Positions 12,593 to 24,791 of a stretch of DNA of 64,000 bases are shown piece after piece. How positions within the stretch are numbered: the first letter of the stretch is position 1; the number at the start of each line of letters is the position of its first letter. The translations under genes were made by a program, and so were the position numbers. The notes below the pieces were generated by a model, which did no database searches, was not told the DNA's origin, and worked only from the letters and a program-made list of their open reading frames with translations. The DNA comes from Chiloscyllium plagiosum (lineage: Eukaryota): the NCBI RefSeq assembly GCF_004010195.1, contig NC_057758.1, positions 399,598-463,597 on the forward strand. Reading direction: 5' to 3'.

Positions 12593-14734
12593 AATTCGGG
12601 GAGTGGAGCAGCCACACTGCTAAGGTTGGATACAAGCCTCAGTAAAATCACTCAACTCCAGGAATCATAATACTGCTATCTTTGTTGACAGTGTGGGAAA
12701 TTCCCCAATTACTTTCGAGCGGGCGTCTCGTGGGTCTATTTATTGCAACTCTGAAAGAAAATCAATGACAGAATCTCCTTGAGCCAAGATTCAACTTTTA
12801 GAATAGAAAATGGGCTAGTTTTGTGACAGTACCCCTCTGATTCAGGTGCAGACCATCCTGTTTGTAGAGCTCCCACCGATCCCAGAAATAGCCCCAATTA
12901 TCCAGGAATCCAAAACACTGCGTCCTGAACCATCTCTGTACACATGTATTCAACCACTCTCCCTATTCCTCACCTCGCCAAAACGTGGCGTAGGCATCAA
13001 ACCGGAGATAACAACTCTGTTTGACCTATCTTTAAATTTAGACCCCGCAAACGCCCCCCCGCCCCCACCCCGTTACGTGAAATTCTGCATTACGATCCCT
13101 ATGTCTCTTCCTACCTAGGTAGTTGGTGCTTAATGTAGACCATGACTTGGGGTTACTGCCCTCCCCCGCAAATTTCCCAAAAGCCCTATCAGAAACATCA
13201 TGAACACTGGCACTTAACAGGCAAAACACCAAACGTGAGTCTATCTCGTTACCTCAGAACGACCTATCTTTTCCCCTACATATGGAGTCCCCAATGACTA
13301 ATGGTGTGCTCCTCTTCCCACTTCCGATCTGAGCAAAAGGAACAGTTTCTGTGCCAAAGACCCGAGCCTCATGGCTTACCCCTGTTATGTCGTCTCTCCA
13401 CCCCAACAGTATCCAAAATGGTATACTTGTTGTTGAGGTGAACGGCCACAGAGGATCCCTTCATTGCCTGCCGGTTTCATTTCCATCCTCTGAGGTACCC
13501 CATCAACCTGCTTCTTGTACCTGAAGTGTGCCTACTGATTGTAACTGCTCTCAATAACCCGGTCTGCCTGCCGAATGGATCGAATTTCATCCAGTTCCAA
13601 CTCCAGTTCCCAAATCAGACGTTTTCTACGAGCTGAAGTTGGGTGCACTTCTTGCAGATACAGTTATCAGGGACACTAGCGGTAATCTTACTTCCCACAT
13701 TCTGCAGGAGGAACATTCAACTGCCATGACTTCCATTCCCACTATTCTAAATTCCTAATGAGCCTACTGTAATCTAAAGGAGAGTGAAAAAGAGGGATCA
13801 GCTTCTCATTCCGGAGCATAACAAGGTTTTTTTAGAGCAGGAAATTGGTGAGAGATACTATCCGAGTAGTGTTTCAGATAAAACAGCCGCCCAAAATAAA
13901 ACGCAGTCCCGTGTCCGCTCTGTCTATGCACGTGGTAACTTTTTACATTCTGCACCTACCTTACCGTCTGGACTCTGGTCCTTGATGTCTCACCTTCAAC
14001 TGCAACTGCCGCCTAGAAAATGAAGAACGCTGAACTACAGAGGTATATTTTTAACCTTAACTCCTCCAATTCCATCGGGCCTCTGGTCCTCACTGTCACT
14101 CCTCCCACTGCAACTGTGACTGAGAAAATTAACAAGGATGGTTGCTTATACAATTTTGATGAGTTCACAGATGGAATATTGTGTGAATTTCTGGCTACCA
14201 CTCAATTGGAAGAACAAGATTATACTTTATAAAGTGCGCAAGATATTCATAAGAATATTGCTTGGATTAAAACATCTCAGTCATTTGGAGAGAGTCGATA
14301 GGCTGGGGTTCTATTCCGTGGAGCAGAGGAGGCTGATATGGGCATCAGATTAAGACATGTAAAGTTATGAGCGGTATAGACAGGTGTATCACGACAATCT
14401 CTTCCCAGAACAGAAATGAGGAAGACCAGTCGCCATATCGTTAACAGGAGAAGTAAATCGAATCGATGGGATCTGACGATTATGTTTTACCCATAGTGTG
14501 TAAGAAATATGGAACGCTTGGCCTGAGAGAGTGGGAGAGGCAGGGACTCTTGCAAAATTTACCACGTATCTGGACGAGCACTTGAAATTGCCAAGAATAA
14601 CATGCTATGCATGTAAATGGGGTTATTGCCGCTTGTTGCGTGTTGCACAGCATAGAACTGGTGCTCAAAAGAGCCTATTTTGATGCTGCATGGGACGATA
14701 ATGTTATCCCCAAACTAACAAAAACTCTTTTTGA

Positions 14735-15150
14735 AGATCGTATGAGGAATGGCTGAGGCACTTGGGGCTGTTTTCATTGGAGAAAAGACGGTTTAGGGGT
14801 AACTTGATACAGGTGTACAAGATGATTAGAGGTTTAGATAGGGTTGACCATGAGAACCTTTATCTACGTATGGAGTCAGCTATTACAAGGGGGCATATCT
14901 TTAAATTAAGGGATGGTAAGCATAGGACAGATGTTAGGGGTAGATTCTTTACTCAGCGAGTCGTGAGTTCATGGAATGCCCTGCCAGTAGCAGTGGTAGA
15001 CTCTCCCTCTTTATTGGCATTTAAACGGGCATTAGATAGGCATATGGAGGATAGTGGGCTAGTGTAGGTTAGGTGGGCTTGGATCGGCGCAACATCGAGG
15101 GCCAAAGGGCCTGCACTGCGCTGTATTTTTCTATGTTCTATGTTCTATGG
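14735..15150 (+). mobile_element. 5'-truncated young CR1 3' end
   Basis: LGLFSLEKRRFRG..FFTQRVVSSWNALP..HMEDSGLV and (TTCTATG)n tail; same subfamily as 22646-24265. Confidence 0.9.
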
Positions 15151-16289
15151 TCTTTTTCAATATTTACTTCGTCCAAATGTCCTTCAAATCAAATTTGTTT
15201 CAATTCAGTAACCTACGGCTTTTCGAAATTTTAGAGTTTTGAGGCCTAGCCTTGGTTTTCTTTCCTCATAACGAAATTCGCTCATCCCAAGTATTAGTCT
15301 AGTAAACCTTCGCTGACCGTCTGTGATTGTGTGTGTTTGTCTTTGAGCGTAGGTCACTGTGTGGAAATCTGAACATGTGTCTCATCGTGTGTGCCTGACT
15401 GTCTCATTGTGCATTTGTTTGAGTGTGTGTCATTGTATGTATTGCGGTTTGGGTGTATGTCATTCTGGGTGTTTCATTGCAAGCATGTGAAAGAACGAAG
15501 TGCAAAAAGAATAAAGTAAATTGCCACACGCGAGCAGACCCTCATCCCAACAAGAGTGTTCCGATGATAAACCAAGTTTTAAACCAAGAAATCTTTTGCT
15601 CTACACGATGCATTTCTTTTTATTTCCTACCTGATATATATGGGTACAAATCCCTTTTAAATTTTCCGATTGTATCCACCTCCATCATCTCCTCTGACAA
15701 TATATTCGAGGCTCTAGCCTCCCCCTTGTCTAAAGTCTTGGTTTACTGTACACTTCATCTCTGGATTTCATCTCCTTTAATGCGTCACCTCGCATTAATA
15801 TGGATTAAACACCATCTGCAACTTCTTCGCTCATGTTGCCAACCTATCTATATCGCATTGAATCGCCTGGCAATTCCTCTCAGTCTCCTAAACGCCATCT
15901 CCCCCAGCGTTTGTGTAGCTTGCAAACTGACTAATCGGGTCACCAATATTTTGTTCCACATCATTTAAGATTGAAATATATAAAAATGTTCCAAAATAAT
16001 TTTATACATGTACAAATCATTTGTAATCAATTATACAGGATGGATCAAATGGCCTCCTACTGTTCTCAGAATTCTATGAGTTTTAGGATTCTATAACTAG
16101 AAAAAGTGTTAGTGGGTAGACCATGTGCGTCAAGGAATTCAGTGGGACAGAGCAGGAAATCTTATGCTTACGCCCCTAATAATCTTGTGGAAACGTCCCA
16201 ACGTATAACTTCTTTCCATACCTCTCAGATTATTTTGATCTTCTATCAGGTCACCCTTCTTCCTTTCTCCTTTGAGTGTGTCAAGAAGT

Positions 16290-16350
16290 GTGATGCTTTA
16301 GATTATTCAACACTTTTACTCTCCAATTCTAGCTGTCATCGGTAATCCTG
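16290..16350 (+). pseudogene. Probable exon 1 remnant of GPR139-like pseudogene B
   Basis: Reads VML*IIQHFYSPILAVIGNP+G (cf. EIYYPLLALVALP+G), ending at the same phase-1 position; donor appears mutated GT>AT (ATAAAT). Confidence 0.65.
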
Positions 16351-16599
16351 ATAAATCTCCATTTCATTTAAAGAGATAAAGCAGAAAGTGTTGCTGAGAC
16401 TCAGTATATCCGTGAAATCTGAAAAGGAAGGTTCAGAATTGATGATGTGCGTTCAATCGGATTTTCTTCAGAGTGGTGCACTACAGGCCTTCTCTCGTGT
16501 TGACTTACAGCTGTGGAAATCACACTTCCGAAGAGTTTTGTTAATTTGATTGATTTCAGATATTCCATTACAATACTTGCATCTTTTTTAAAAATCCCT

Positions 16600-17180
16600 A
16601 TATTGTAATAAATAGCTCCGAAAAGGCGTACACCTTAGACTGGTCACTACTTTACAAGAATGGAGTGGAACCTCTGGACAAGTTGCAGAAGAGCTTTACG
16701 AATACACTGTTTGGATTAAAGGGGATGAGCTCCAAGGAGAGGCTGGAAAAACAGAGTTGTTTTCTCTGGAGCAGCGAAGGTTGAGGGGAGTTTTGTTTGA
16801 ATTCTATAAAATAATGAAATACATAGATAGGGTTCACAGCTACAATCTTCTTCCCAGTGCTGAAATGCCTAAAACTGGAGGCGGGATGGGGGTGGTTGTA
16901 TTTAAGGTGAATGGGGGAAAATTTGAAGGAAGATATGCGGGACCCTTTTTTTGCACAGAGAGTAAGATCGGTGGACGCAGAGACGATCAGGTTTTTAAAG
17001 GGCGTTGGCATAAGCGCATGAATGATGCAAGGCACTCAGTGATATGGACCAGGGACAGGCGGAAGGGATTAGTTTAATTTGCCATCATGTTCGGTACAGC
17101 ATCGTGGGCCAACGGTACCGTTCCTCTGCCGTACAGATCTCTGTACAATGCTGAACGCTTTATATTCTCTGTTCTATGTT
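16600..17180 (+). mobile_element. Old CR1 3' fragment
   Basis: FSLEQRRLRG..YKIMKYIDRV and a degenerate tail. Confidence 0.75.
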
Positions 17181-18764
17181 GAACAAAAGATCTTCAGACT
17201 CATTCTACGTGATCTTCCAATCCTCCCCCACCTCTCCCACCAAGTTTTTCATTAAAGCCCCATTTGGCAGGAATGTTTCCATGTGCTTCGACAGTGGTTT
17301 CATGCCGTTAATTTTAAATTCAAATGACTCACTGTGCAAGGAGAGTTTCATCCTTTGACCTCTGTTTCCCTTTCAATTCTTCTACGTCAGTAACTTCAAA
17401 ACTATCAATTTGGTGTCACTGTGAACGCTTCACACTCTTTTTGTTCAATGGTACAGTTCGTAAACAGGAGATTCTGCGTCTATTCTTACTTTCTTTGCGT
17501 AATGGTTATTGATCTGAAGTGGGCAGTTTTTGAAATTTTCGAATCTCTTCTTGCAACTGAAGAAGCCCAAGCATCCAAAATGTTTTTTTTTAACTAAATA
17601 TATTCTGAGACTTGATATCATTCTTTGCAACTTTGCTGACTCCTAGTGCATCCGAATGGGATACAATACGTCAGCTGAACCCTGACCAAACAATTGCCAA
17701 GCGTTTTCACATCTTGCTTGGCTCTTGCAACACGTTCCCTTCATATGTGTAGACAATTGCAAGATGTGTTTGTAGCCATGGTAACTTTATCTGTCAACTG
17801 CAAACGGATGGATCCATACACTATGGTCTCCTTCTGTGTGTAGGCAATGACTTTATTATCATGCTGATTAGATTTCTCCTTATTCATTCGTAGGATATCA
17901 GATTCGCTGGTTGGGCTCAGCAATTCATTGCCCATCCAGAGTTACACTTTAGTGGCGGTGGTGAGCTGCCTTCTTGAACTGCTGCAGTGCAGATGCTACA
18001 GGTACATCGGCAATGTCTTTAGGGTGGAAATTGAAGCATTTTGACCCAACCAAATAGAAGGAACGGAGATATATTTCCGAATCAAAGTAGTGAATGTTTG
18101 GAGACAGATTTTCAGGGACTGGCTTCGATGTCTCTCTGACCTTGTCCTCCTAGATGTTACACATAGAGATTCTGTAAGGATTTGCGTGAGGATCGCTGTT
18201 GAATTTCTGCAATCTATATTGTACAGATAACACACTGATGCTTTTGAGCGTCGGTGGTGGAGAGAGTGGGTGCTGTGCAGATTATCAAGCTGTTTTGTCC
18301 TGGATTGTGTCTCATATCTTGTGTGTTGTTTGAACTACTTGCACCTAAGAATGTTCGGATCATTCCATCACACGCCTTACTCTGCTTTCTCTCATACAAA
18401 CGAAAGACATCTCTCACTGATCACGTCTTTGTGTCAAGTTGAATGCATGAGTTGTTGGATGCTAATTTAACTTTACCTTTTGTTTGTCTCATTCATAGTG
18501 TTGTGCCAAAATCTAATGATCTTTGATGATGAATTTGCAACTGTGTTAAAAACTTTGTTCCCCCTCAAGTTTTTGCAGGCAAATGTCCAGATTCATTTGA
18601 AGAATCTTTGCACGTATACCAATTCAGCTCCTTTACTTCCTCAACACTCACCCAGGCACAATAAGTTATGTAGAAATCTGGTTGCCTGACTGGAACAAAT
18701 GGAGCGCCTGGTTATCTGTCCTAGATGGAGCCCGTTATCCAGTTAGTAACGCCATGCGATCATG

Positions 18765-19240
18765 AGAATTAGAAAAAAGAGCTTACAGTTTGAGCCTGCT
18801 CGGCCATTCTACAATATGACTGCTGATCCAATATTCTACATGTCCACTTCCCTGTCTTTTTGCCACAAGTCTTCATTCCCTGTCTGATCAAGAATTCACC
18901 TATCTCAGCGTTATATATGCAGAAGGATACTATCCGACACCTCTCTGCTACAATTATTTCCAAAGACTCACAACCCACTGCGAGAAGAAATCCCTCCTCA
19001 TTTCAGTGTTAATTTAGTCCTTCTATGTTCTGAGACTGTGCCCTCTGTTACCAGATTCTGTCAGAGTGGAAACATCATTTCAACATTTACCTTGTAACGT
19101 ACAAATTAATAATGCTGAATGTTTCAAGTAGAGCAGCACTTATTCTTTTAAACTCCAATGAATAAAGTTCAAAACTTTTTTCTGTAACAATCCCTCGATC
19201 CCAGTGTTCATCCTAATGAACATTGAAGCTCCCTCTCATT
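18765..19240 (-). mobile_element. Old CR1 3' fragment (second tail family)
   Basis: Resembles the reverse complement of the 3' end at 50900-51240. Confidence 0.6.
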
Positions 19241-20125
19241 TTTCTTCAAAAGATGATTACTCAACAGAAGTATCCAGAAACTTGGGTTTATATTTAACAG
19301 GGTTATGAGCTTCTAAGCACAGATCTGAGACGTTACTGTGTCCACAACCGTCCACCCCTGTAAGATGGATTCACTTGATCAATGGCTCTGCTGCTGAACC
19401 CATCATTTCCGATGCTTCCTCAAAGAAGTCCACGGTTCCAGCTCACCCATTGGTTTCTGCGCAGCATTGAACATCAGTAATCTGTAGAACATTCAAAGGA
19501 GAAATATGGAGTTTAGCAGCAGGAGCAAGTCATTCCACCCTTCGAGTCTGTTGTAACATTTAATGAAATCATGGTTAATCATCCAAATTAGTCCCATGTT
19601 CCTGATTTCTGCTCATGTCTCTGTCATTAATCTCTCTGGCCTTCCAGAACGTTCTTGGTTATTTCTCTTCTACAGCATTTCAGATACATTTTTGAAGAGA
19701 TAACAAAGGAGTGAAAAGTATTTACATGAGGAAAGCCGTAGAAAACTGTTTTATGAATCGACTTGTGCATGAAAAACAGAAGAGCGCCAGATATTCTGGA
19801 AGATTAACGGGATGTTGGTCCTTAGTTCACTGAGGTTTGAATAGAAGAATCGGGACTATTACTCGAACTGTACAGTATTATGGCACGCGGTAAACTCCTC
19901 TATCAATTTAAACCAGCCACGCAGAAAATGTTCACCTCGTGCCATAATCTGTTAAAATTCGAAAGGCAAGGAACTATCCCAGATGTCACTATAACAATTT
20001 TATTCTTTAAGTACAACAGAGAATAATAAATTACTTTCAACCCCTTTCTCTTGAACCCATCTTTTACATTACAATCTACAGTAATGGATTTTGTGGTTCT
20101 GTTCGCTGAGCTGGAAGTTTTTGTT

Positions 20126-20165
20126 GCAAACGTTTCGTCCCCTGGCTAGGCGACATCATCAGTGC
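20126..20165 (-). ncRNA. Minimal type I hammerhead ribozyme motif, copy 1
   Basis: GCA-CUGAUGA-U-GUCgCCUagccAGGgGAC-GAAA-C-GUU^UGC: complete core, stem II, 3-bp stem I, loopless palindromic stem III AACGUU. Confidence 0.8.
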
Positions 20166-20398
20166 TTGGGAGCCTCCTGCGAAGCGCTTCTTTGATGATT
20201 CCTCCGGTGTTTATAGTGGTCTGTCCCTGCCTCTTCCGGTTGTCAGTTTCAGCTGTCCGCTGTAGTGGTTGGTATATTGGGTCCAGGTCGATGTGTTTGT
20301 TGATGGAGTTTGTGGATGAGTGCCATGCCTCTAGGAATTCCCTGGCTGTTCTCTGTCTGGCTGTTGTGGTTCTGTTCGCCGTGCTGGAAGTTTTTGTT

Positions 20399-20438
20399 GC
20401 AAACGTTTCGTCCCCTGGCTAGGTGACATCATCAGTGC
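20399..20438 (-). ncRNA. Minimal type I hammerhead ribozyme motif, copy 2
   Basis: Same as copy 1 except one change at the unpaired stem II position. Confidence 0.8.
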
Positions 20439-20666
20439 TTGGGAGCCTCCTGCGAAGTGCTTCTTTGATGTTTCCTCCGGTGTTTATATTGGTCTGTCCC
20501 TGCCGCTTCCGGTTGTGAGTTTCAGCTGTCCGCTGTAGTGGTTGGTGTATTGGGTATATACCAACCACTACAGCGGACAGCTGAAACTGACAACCGGAAG
20601 CGGCAGGGACAGACCACTATAAACACCGGAGGAAACATCAAAGAAGCGCTTGCAGGAGGCTCCCAA

Positions 20667-20706
20667 ACACTGATGATGTCGCCTAGCCAGGGGACGAAAC
20701 GCTTGC
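20667..20706 (+). ncRNA. Hammerhead motif, copy 3, probably inactive
   Basis: ACA-CUGAUGA..GAAAC-GCU-UGC: NUH triplet GUU>GCU and a stem I mismatch. Confidence 0.65.
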
Positions 20707-21395
20707 AACAAAAACTTCCAGCTCGGCGAACAGAACCACAACAACGAGCACCCGAGCTACAAATCTTCTCACAAACTTTAAACTACAGTAATGGTCCAAT
20801 AAAACTCCCGATTAAAATGTACAAAACACATCAACATTCAAAACCATCGAATCATCTCTTTGTATCTTCCTCTGAAGATTTTCCTCTAGGTCGGTTTCGA
20901 TGCTCTGCTGTGCAAGCTCCTCATAGACAGGGTCCTTGCAGTGTGCCCTTCATGTAGCTGTATGTGTTTGTGCATGTCCTTGGTAGATCTTTTCCTAACT
21001 GTTCAAAATGTCCGGTTTTATACCCCGAAATATCGGATCGTTTCATTTGTTTTAATATTATCAAAATAACAAAATCAAATTTGATTGGGTTTTGGACTCT
21101 TGGAGCATAAGTTAAACTGATTGGCAGAATGTGAAATTGTGTTTGTTTCATGATAACCCAGCTGGAGCTATTTGTTTCCAAAGTGAAACATTCTTACTTT
21201 GTTCAGGACAGTATTGCTTTGTCAGTCCTTGCTAATTTTTCAACTTTCGTAACGTACAGCACACCTCTGCACCTTATAACAACAAGTTGCAGGTGAGACC
21301 ATATATGGAGCAATGCAATCAGTTTTGGTTTCCTTGTTGAATTAAAATATCGTTTCTATGGGGTGACAACGTAGGCAGGAAGGAAATGAAGCCGA

Positions 21396-21578
21396 AAATG
21401 TGCCACTGGAAAAGCACAGCTGGTCAGGCAGCATCCAAGGAACAGCAGAATCGACGTTTCGGGCATAATTTCCTGAAACGTCGATTGTCCTCTTCCTTGG
21501 ATGCTGCCTGACCTGCTGCGCTTTTCCAGCGGCACATTTTCGGCTCTGATCTCCAGCATCTGTAGTCATCACTTTCTC
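21396..21578. mobile_element. Palindromic PLE 3'-terminus insertion
   Basis: Inverted arms of about 70 bp centred at about 21470; 20-bp TSD CAGGAAGGAAATGAAGCCGA (21376-95/21579-98); arm matches 45700-45755. Confidence 0.8.
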
Positions 21579-22334
21579 CAGGAAGGAAATGAAGCCGAGT
21601 CTCAGGTGAGGTAGAGTGGGGCATTAAGAAGCCTTGGCCGGTAGGATTAAGAAAAATGCCAAAGCATTCCACACATATGTGAGGAACAAGAGGATATCCA
21701 GAGTAATGGCAGAGCCGATCAAGTATAGTGGTGGGATCGTATGCCTGGAGATGGAGTAGATAGGGATTTCCTTTAATGGACACCTTGCTTCAGTATTCAC
21801 TACCGTGTAGAAAAATATATACTCGAATAGTTTGATGATATAACGGAATATCTGCTGGAAATTTTGGAAAACCTGAGTATTAATAAGTCATCTGTGCCAG
21901 ACGGATGTTCCCAAAGTTGCAACGGGAAAGGAGGGAAGAGAGTTCTGCGCCTTTGGCTCGTTCCTGATAAAGGCACATACGCAATACAAGAATCCTCCTG
22001 CTCCTCAAATGCTGCCTCTCAGCATCACACTCTCGAGAGGTCTACTTAAGGCTGAGTTGGATAGATTCCTGATCAGAATGGGAAATCAAGCGGTCCGTGG
22101 ACAAGGAAGAGATCATGAGGAAAACTGAGACATCTATGTCCCTACTGAATTTTCGTCGATGTTTGAATAGCCAATGTCTTGTGTCCACTCCTGTCTCTTC
22201 TAATTTCCTGAAATAATATTTCAAGAATTGCTTATTTTAAAATCATGTGGTGGAGTTTCAAAACGTGCACTAAAAAAGTGGTAGATCTGTTGTAACTGAA
22301 CTATAACTGCCCTCTTTTCTTTTATTCCTCGCAG

Positions 22335-22645
22335 CTAACATAGTGACGATTGTAGCCCTGTATCTCCAAATGCGTTGCATGCTATCTTACGGCCATGTCT
22401 TTTGCAGACTTACTGATCATCATTCTTGATCGAATTCTGAGACATATACCATTGATTATTGTGATAACATTTTTTGTTCATTCTTTTGAATTTCCTTATC
22501 TGTAATTTTAACTCTACCTTAATATTTGCTGTCACAGATTGGTCCGTCTGGTTCGCCATCACTTTCACTTTTGACTGATTTGTAGCCATTTCTTGCCAGA
22601 AGCTGAAAGTTAAATACTTCACTGAAAAAAGTGGCATACATTGTT
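22335..22645 (+). pseudogene. GPR139-like pseudogene B, exon 2 5' part
   Basis: Acceptor CCTCGCAG|CT AAC (phase 1, A-N-I-V-T-I), frameshift, SKCVACYLTAMSFADLLIIILDRILRHIP, TDWSVWFAITFTFD*FVAISCQKLKVKYFTEK (DRF arginine codon now TGA). Confidence 0.9.
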
Positions 22646-24265
22646 ATAGAACATAGAACATAGAAGAATACAGCGCTGTACAGGCCCTTCGGCCCTCGAT
22701 GTTGCGCTGATCCAAGCCCACCTAACCTACACTAGCCCAATATCCTCCATATGCCTATCCAATGCACGCTTAAATGCCCATAAAGAGAGAGAGTCCACCA
22801 CTGCTACTGGCAGGGCATTCCATGAACTCACGACTCGCTGAGGAAAGAACCTACCCCTAACGTCTGTCCTATACCTACCACCCCTTAATTTCCTATCTAA
22901 TGCCCGCTTAAATGCCCATAAAGAGAGAGAGTCCACCACTGCTGCTGGCCGGGCATTCCATGAACTTACGACTCGCTGAGTGGAGAACCTACCCCTAACT
23001 TCAGTCCTATATCTACCCCTCCTTAATTTAAAGCTATGCCCCCTTGTAATACCCAAATCCATACGCGGGCAAAGGTTCATACTGTCGACCCTATCTCACC
23101 CCCTAATCATCTTGTACACCTCAATCAAGTCACCTCTAAACCTTCTTTTCTCTAGTGAAAACAGCCCCAGGTGCCTCAGTCTTTCCTCATACGATTTTTC
23201 TTCCATACCAGGCAACATCCTGGTAAACCTCCTCTGCACCCGTTCCAGTGCCTCCACATCCTTCCTATAGTATGGCGACCAAAACTGCACACAATATTCC
23301 AGATGCGGCCGTACCAGAGTCTTATACAACTGCATCATGACCTCAGGACTCCGGAACTCAATTCCTCTACCAATAAAAGCCAGTACGCCATATGCCTTCC
23401 TCACCGCACTATTTACCTGGGTGGCAACTTTCAAAGATTTGTGTACATGGACACCAAGATCCCTCTGCTCATCCACACTACCAAGTATCCGACCATTAGC
23501 CCCGTACCCCATCTTTTTGTTATTCTTCCCAAAGGGAGTCACCTCGCACTTAGCTACATTGAATTCCATCTGCCACCTTTCTGCCCAGCTCTGCAGCTTC
23601 TCTATATCCTGCTGTAACCTGCCACATCCTTCCTCACTGTCAACAACTCCTCTGACTTTCGTATCATCCGCAAACTTGCTTACCCAACCTTCTAACCCCT
23701 CTTCCAGGTCATTTATAAAAATGACAAACAGCAATGGTCCCAAAACAGATCCTTGCGGAACACCGCTAGTGACGGCACTCCATGAAGAAACTTTGCCATC
23801 AACTACTACCCTCTGTCTTCTTCCATCCAGCCAATTCCTAATCCAAACCTCCAGCTCACCCTCAATGCCATATCTCCGTATTTTCTGCAGTAGCCTACCA
23901 TGGGGAACCTTATTAAACGCCTTACTAAAATCCATATACACTACATCTACCGCTTTCCCCTCGTCCACTTCCTTAGTCACCTTCTCAAAGAATTCAATAA
24001 GGTTTGTGAGGCACGACCTGCCCTTCACAAAACCATGCTGACTATCCTTGATCACATTATTCCTATCCAGACGTTCATAAATCCTATCCCTTACAATTCT
24101 CTCTAAGACTTTGCCCACAACAAAAGTGAGACTCCCCGGCCTATAGTTACTAGGGTTGTCCTTACTCCCCTTCTTGAACACGGGCACCACATTTGCTAGC
24201 CTCCAGTCTTCTGGCACTACTCCTGTAGACAACGAGGACATAAAAATCAAGGCCAATGGCTCTGT
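22646..24265 (-). mobile_element. Young 5'-truncated CR1 inserted in exon 2 of pseudogene B
   Basis: 394-aa open RT frame with YMDFSKAF, GVPQGSVLGPLLF, FADDTK; (AGAACAT)n tail at the left end; 138-bp tandem duplication near its 3' end. Confidence 0.95.
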
Positions 24266-24791
24266 TCTAGAAACTGCCACTGTATTTCAGACTAGCACAT
24301 GCATGTTGGTTCAGGAATTTCCCTTGTGATTTCGACATCGTCAAAATTGTGGTACAAACGACAGTTTGGGCATCTTAGACTACTTTCTAAATCCTGAAAT
24401 GCCATTTATCCTGCTTCTGTTGATCAATGCCTTCATTATCAGATATATCGCCATGACCTGCAAAGCTCGCACGAGACACCCGATTTCCAGCAATGGGGAA
24501 CGCTCCACCGACTCTGAGATGCAAAGTCGAAGGAAATCAATCATCTTACTGCTAGTTGTCTCGCTAAATTTTATTTTGTTCTGGTTCGTGTTTATGGTGT
24601 ATTCTATATGGAATGCAACGTATGTCATTGGCTATGAATCTGCATATTTAGATAATTATCTACTCGAATTCGGTTTAATGCTTCAACTCCTCAGTTTCTG
24701 CACAAATACCGTTATTTATGCTGTGGCCCAGACTAACTTCAGAGAGCAATTGGAGGATTTAGTGAAAAAGCTCTTTTACATCAATTACTAA
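24266..24791 (+). pseudogene. GPR139-like pseudogene B, exon 2 3' part (TM5-TM7)
   Basis: PFILLLLINAFIIRYI..STDSEMQSRRKSIILLLVVSLNFILFW..LQLLSFCTNTVIYAVAQTNFREQL; AATAAA just after the stop. Confidence 0.92.

Larger units (their letters stand above)
10836..12828 (-). mobile_element. Internally deleted Gypsy (Gmr1-like) LTR retrotransposon
   Basis: TG..CA termini; 5-bp TSD GTACC (10831-35/12829-33); 3' LTR 10836-11455 preceded by purine tract; RNase H (TAPVLITPDYKKPFRVTIDAGDVGVG..GYFCRKL..EKKTL..RW..NIIADAL) directly before the LTR; about 100 bp of 5' LTR at 12730-12828. Confidence 0.85.
7848..14100 (-). mobile_element. Near full-length degraded CR1 LINE (ORF1 esterase, EN, RT, tail), interrupted by an LTR element
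   Basis: (AGAACAT)n tail at 7848; RT motifs (GVPKG, FADNSK); EN motif VVMGGFSFPNIDWE; ORF1-like sequence at 12829-13750. Confidence 0.85.
20088..20782. mobile_element. Penelope-like 3' end/pLTR array: two tandem minus copies plus one inverted copy
   Basis: 12-bp TSD CTACAGTAATGG (20076-87/20783-94); minus strand encodes GIY-YIG C-terminal-like ARQRTAREFLEAWHSSTNSINKHIDLDPIY; 273-bp tandem period. Confidence 0.88.
19876..21281. mobile_element. Solo LTR inserted in a CR1 fragment
   Basis: Termini TATTATGG (TG mutated)...TTATAACA; flanks ACAG/ACAA; host CR1 coding sequence (..ELY | ..VRP..E..QFW) rejoins across it. Confidence 0.65.

Noticed and set aside
21286-21300. CAG|GTGAGA as the exon 1 donor of pseudogene B
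   Set aside because: It lies in CR1 coding sequence (VRP motif); 16290-16350 is a better exon 1 candidate
23337-24041. 234-aa plus-strand ORF and similar Ser/Leu-rich ORFs (866, 8670, 49932, 50783)
   Set aside because: Antisense shadows of CR1 ORF2
23096-24280. Active autonomous or domesticated reverse transcriptase
   Set aside because: 5'-truncated with no endonuclease, ORF1 or promoter, and a premature TGA at 23096
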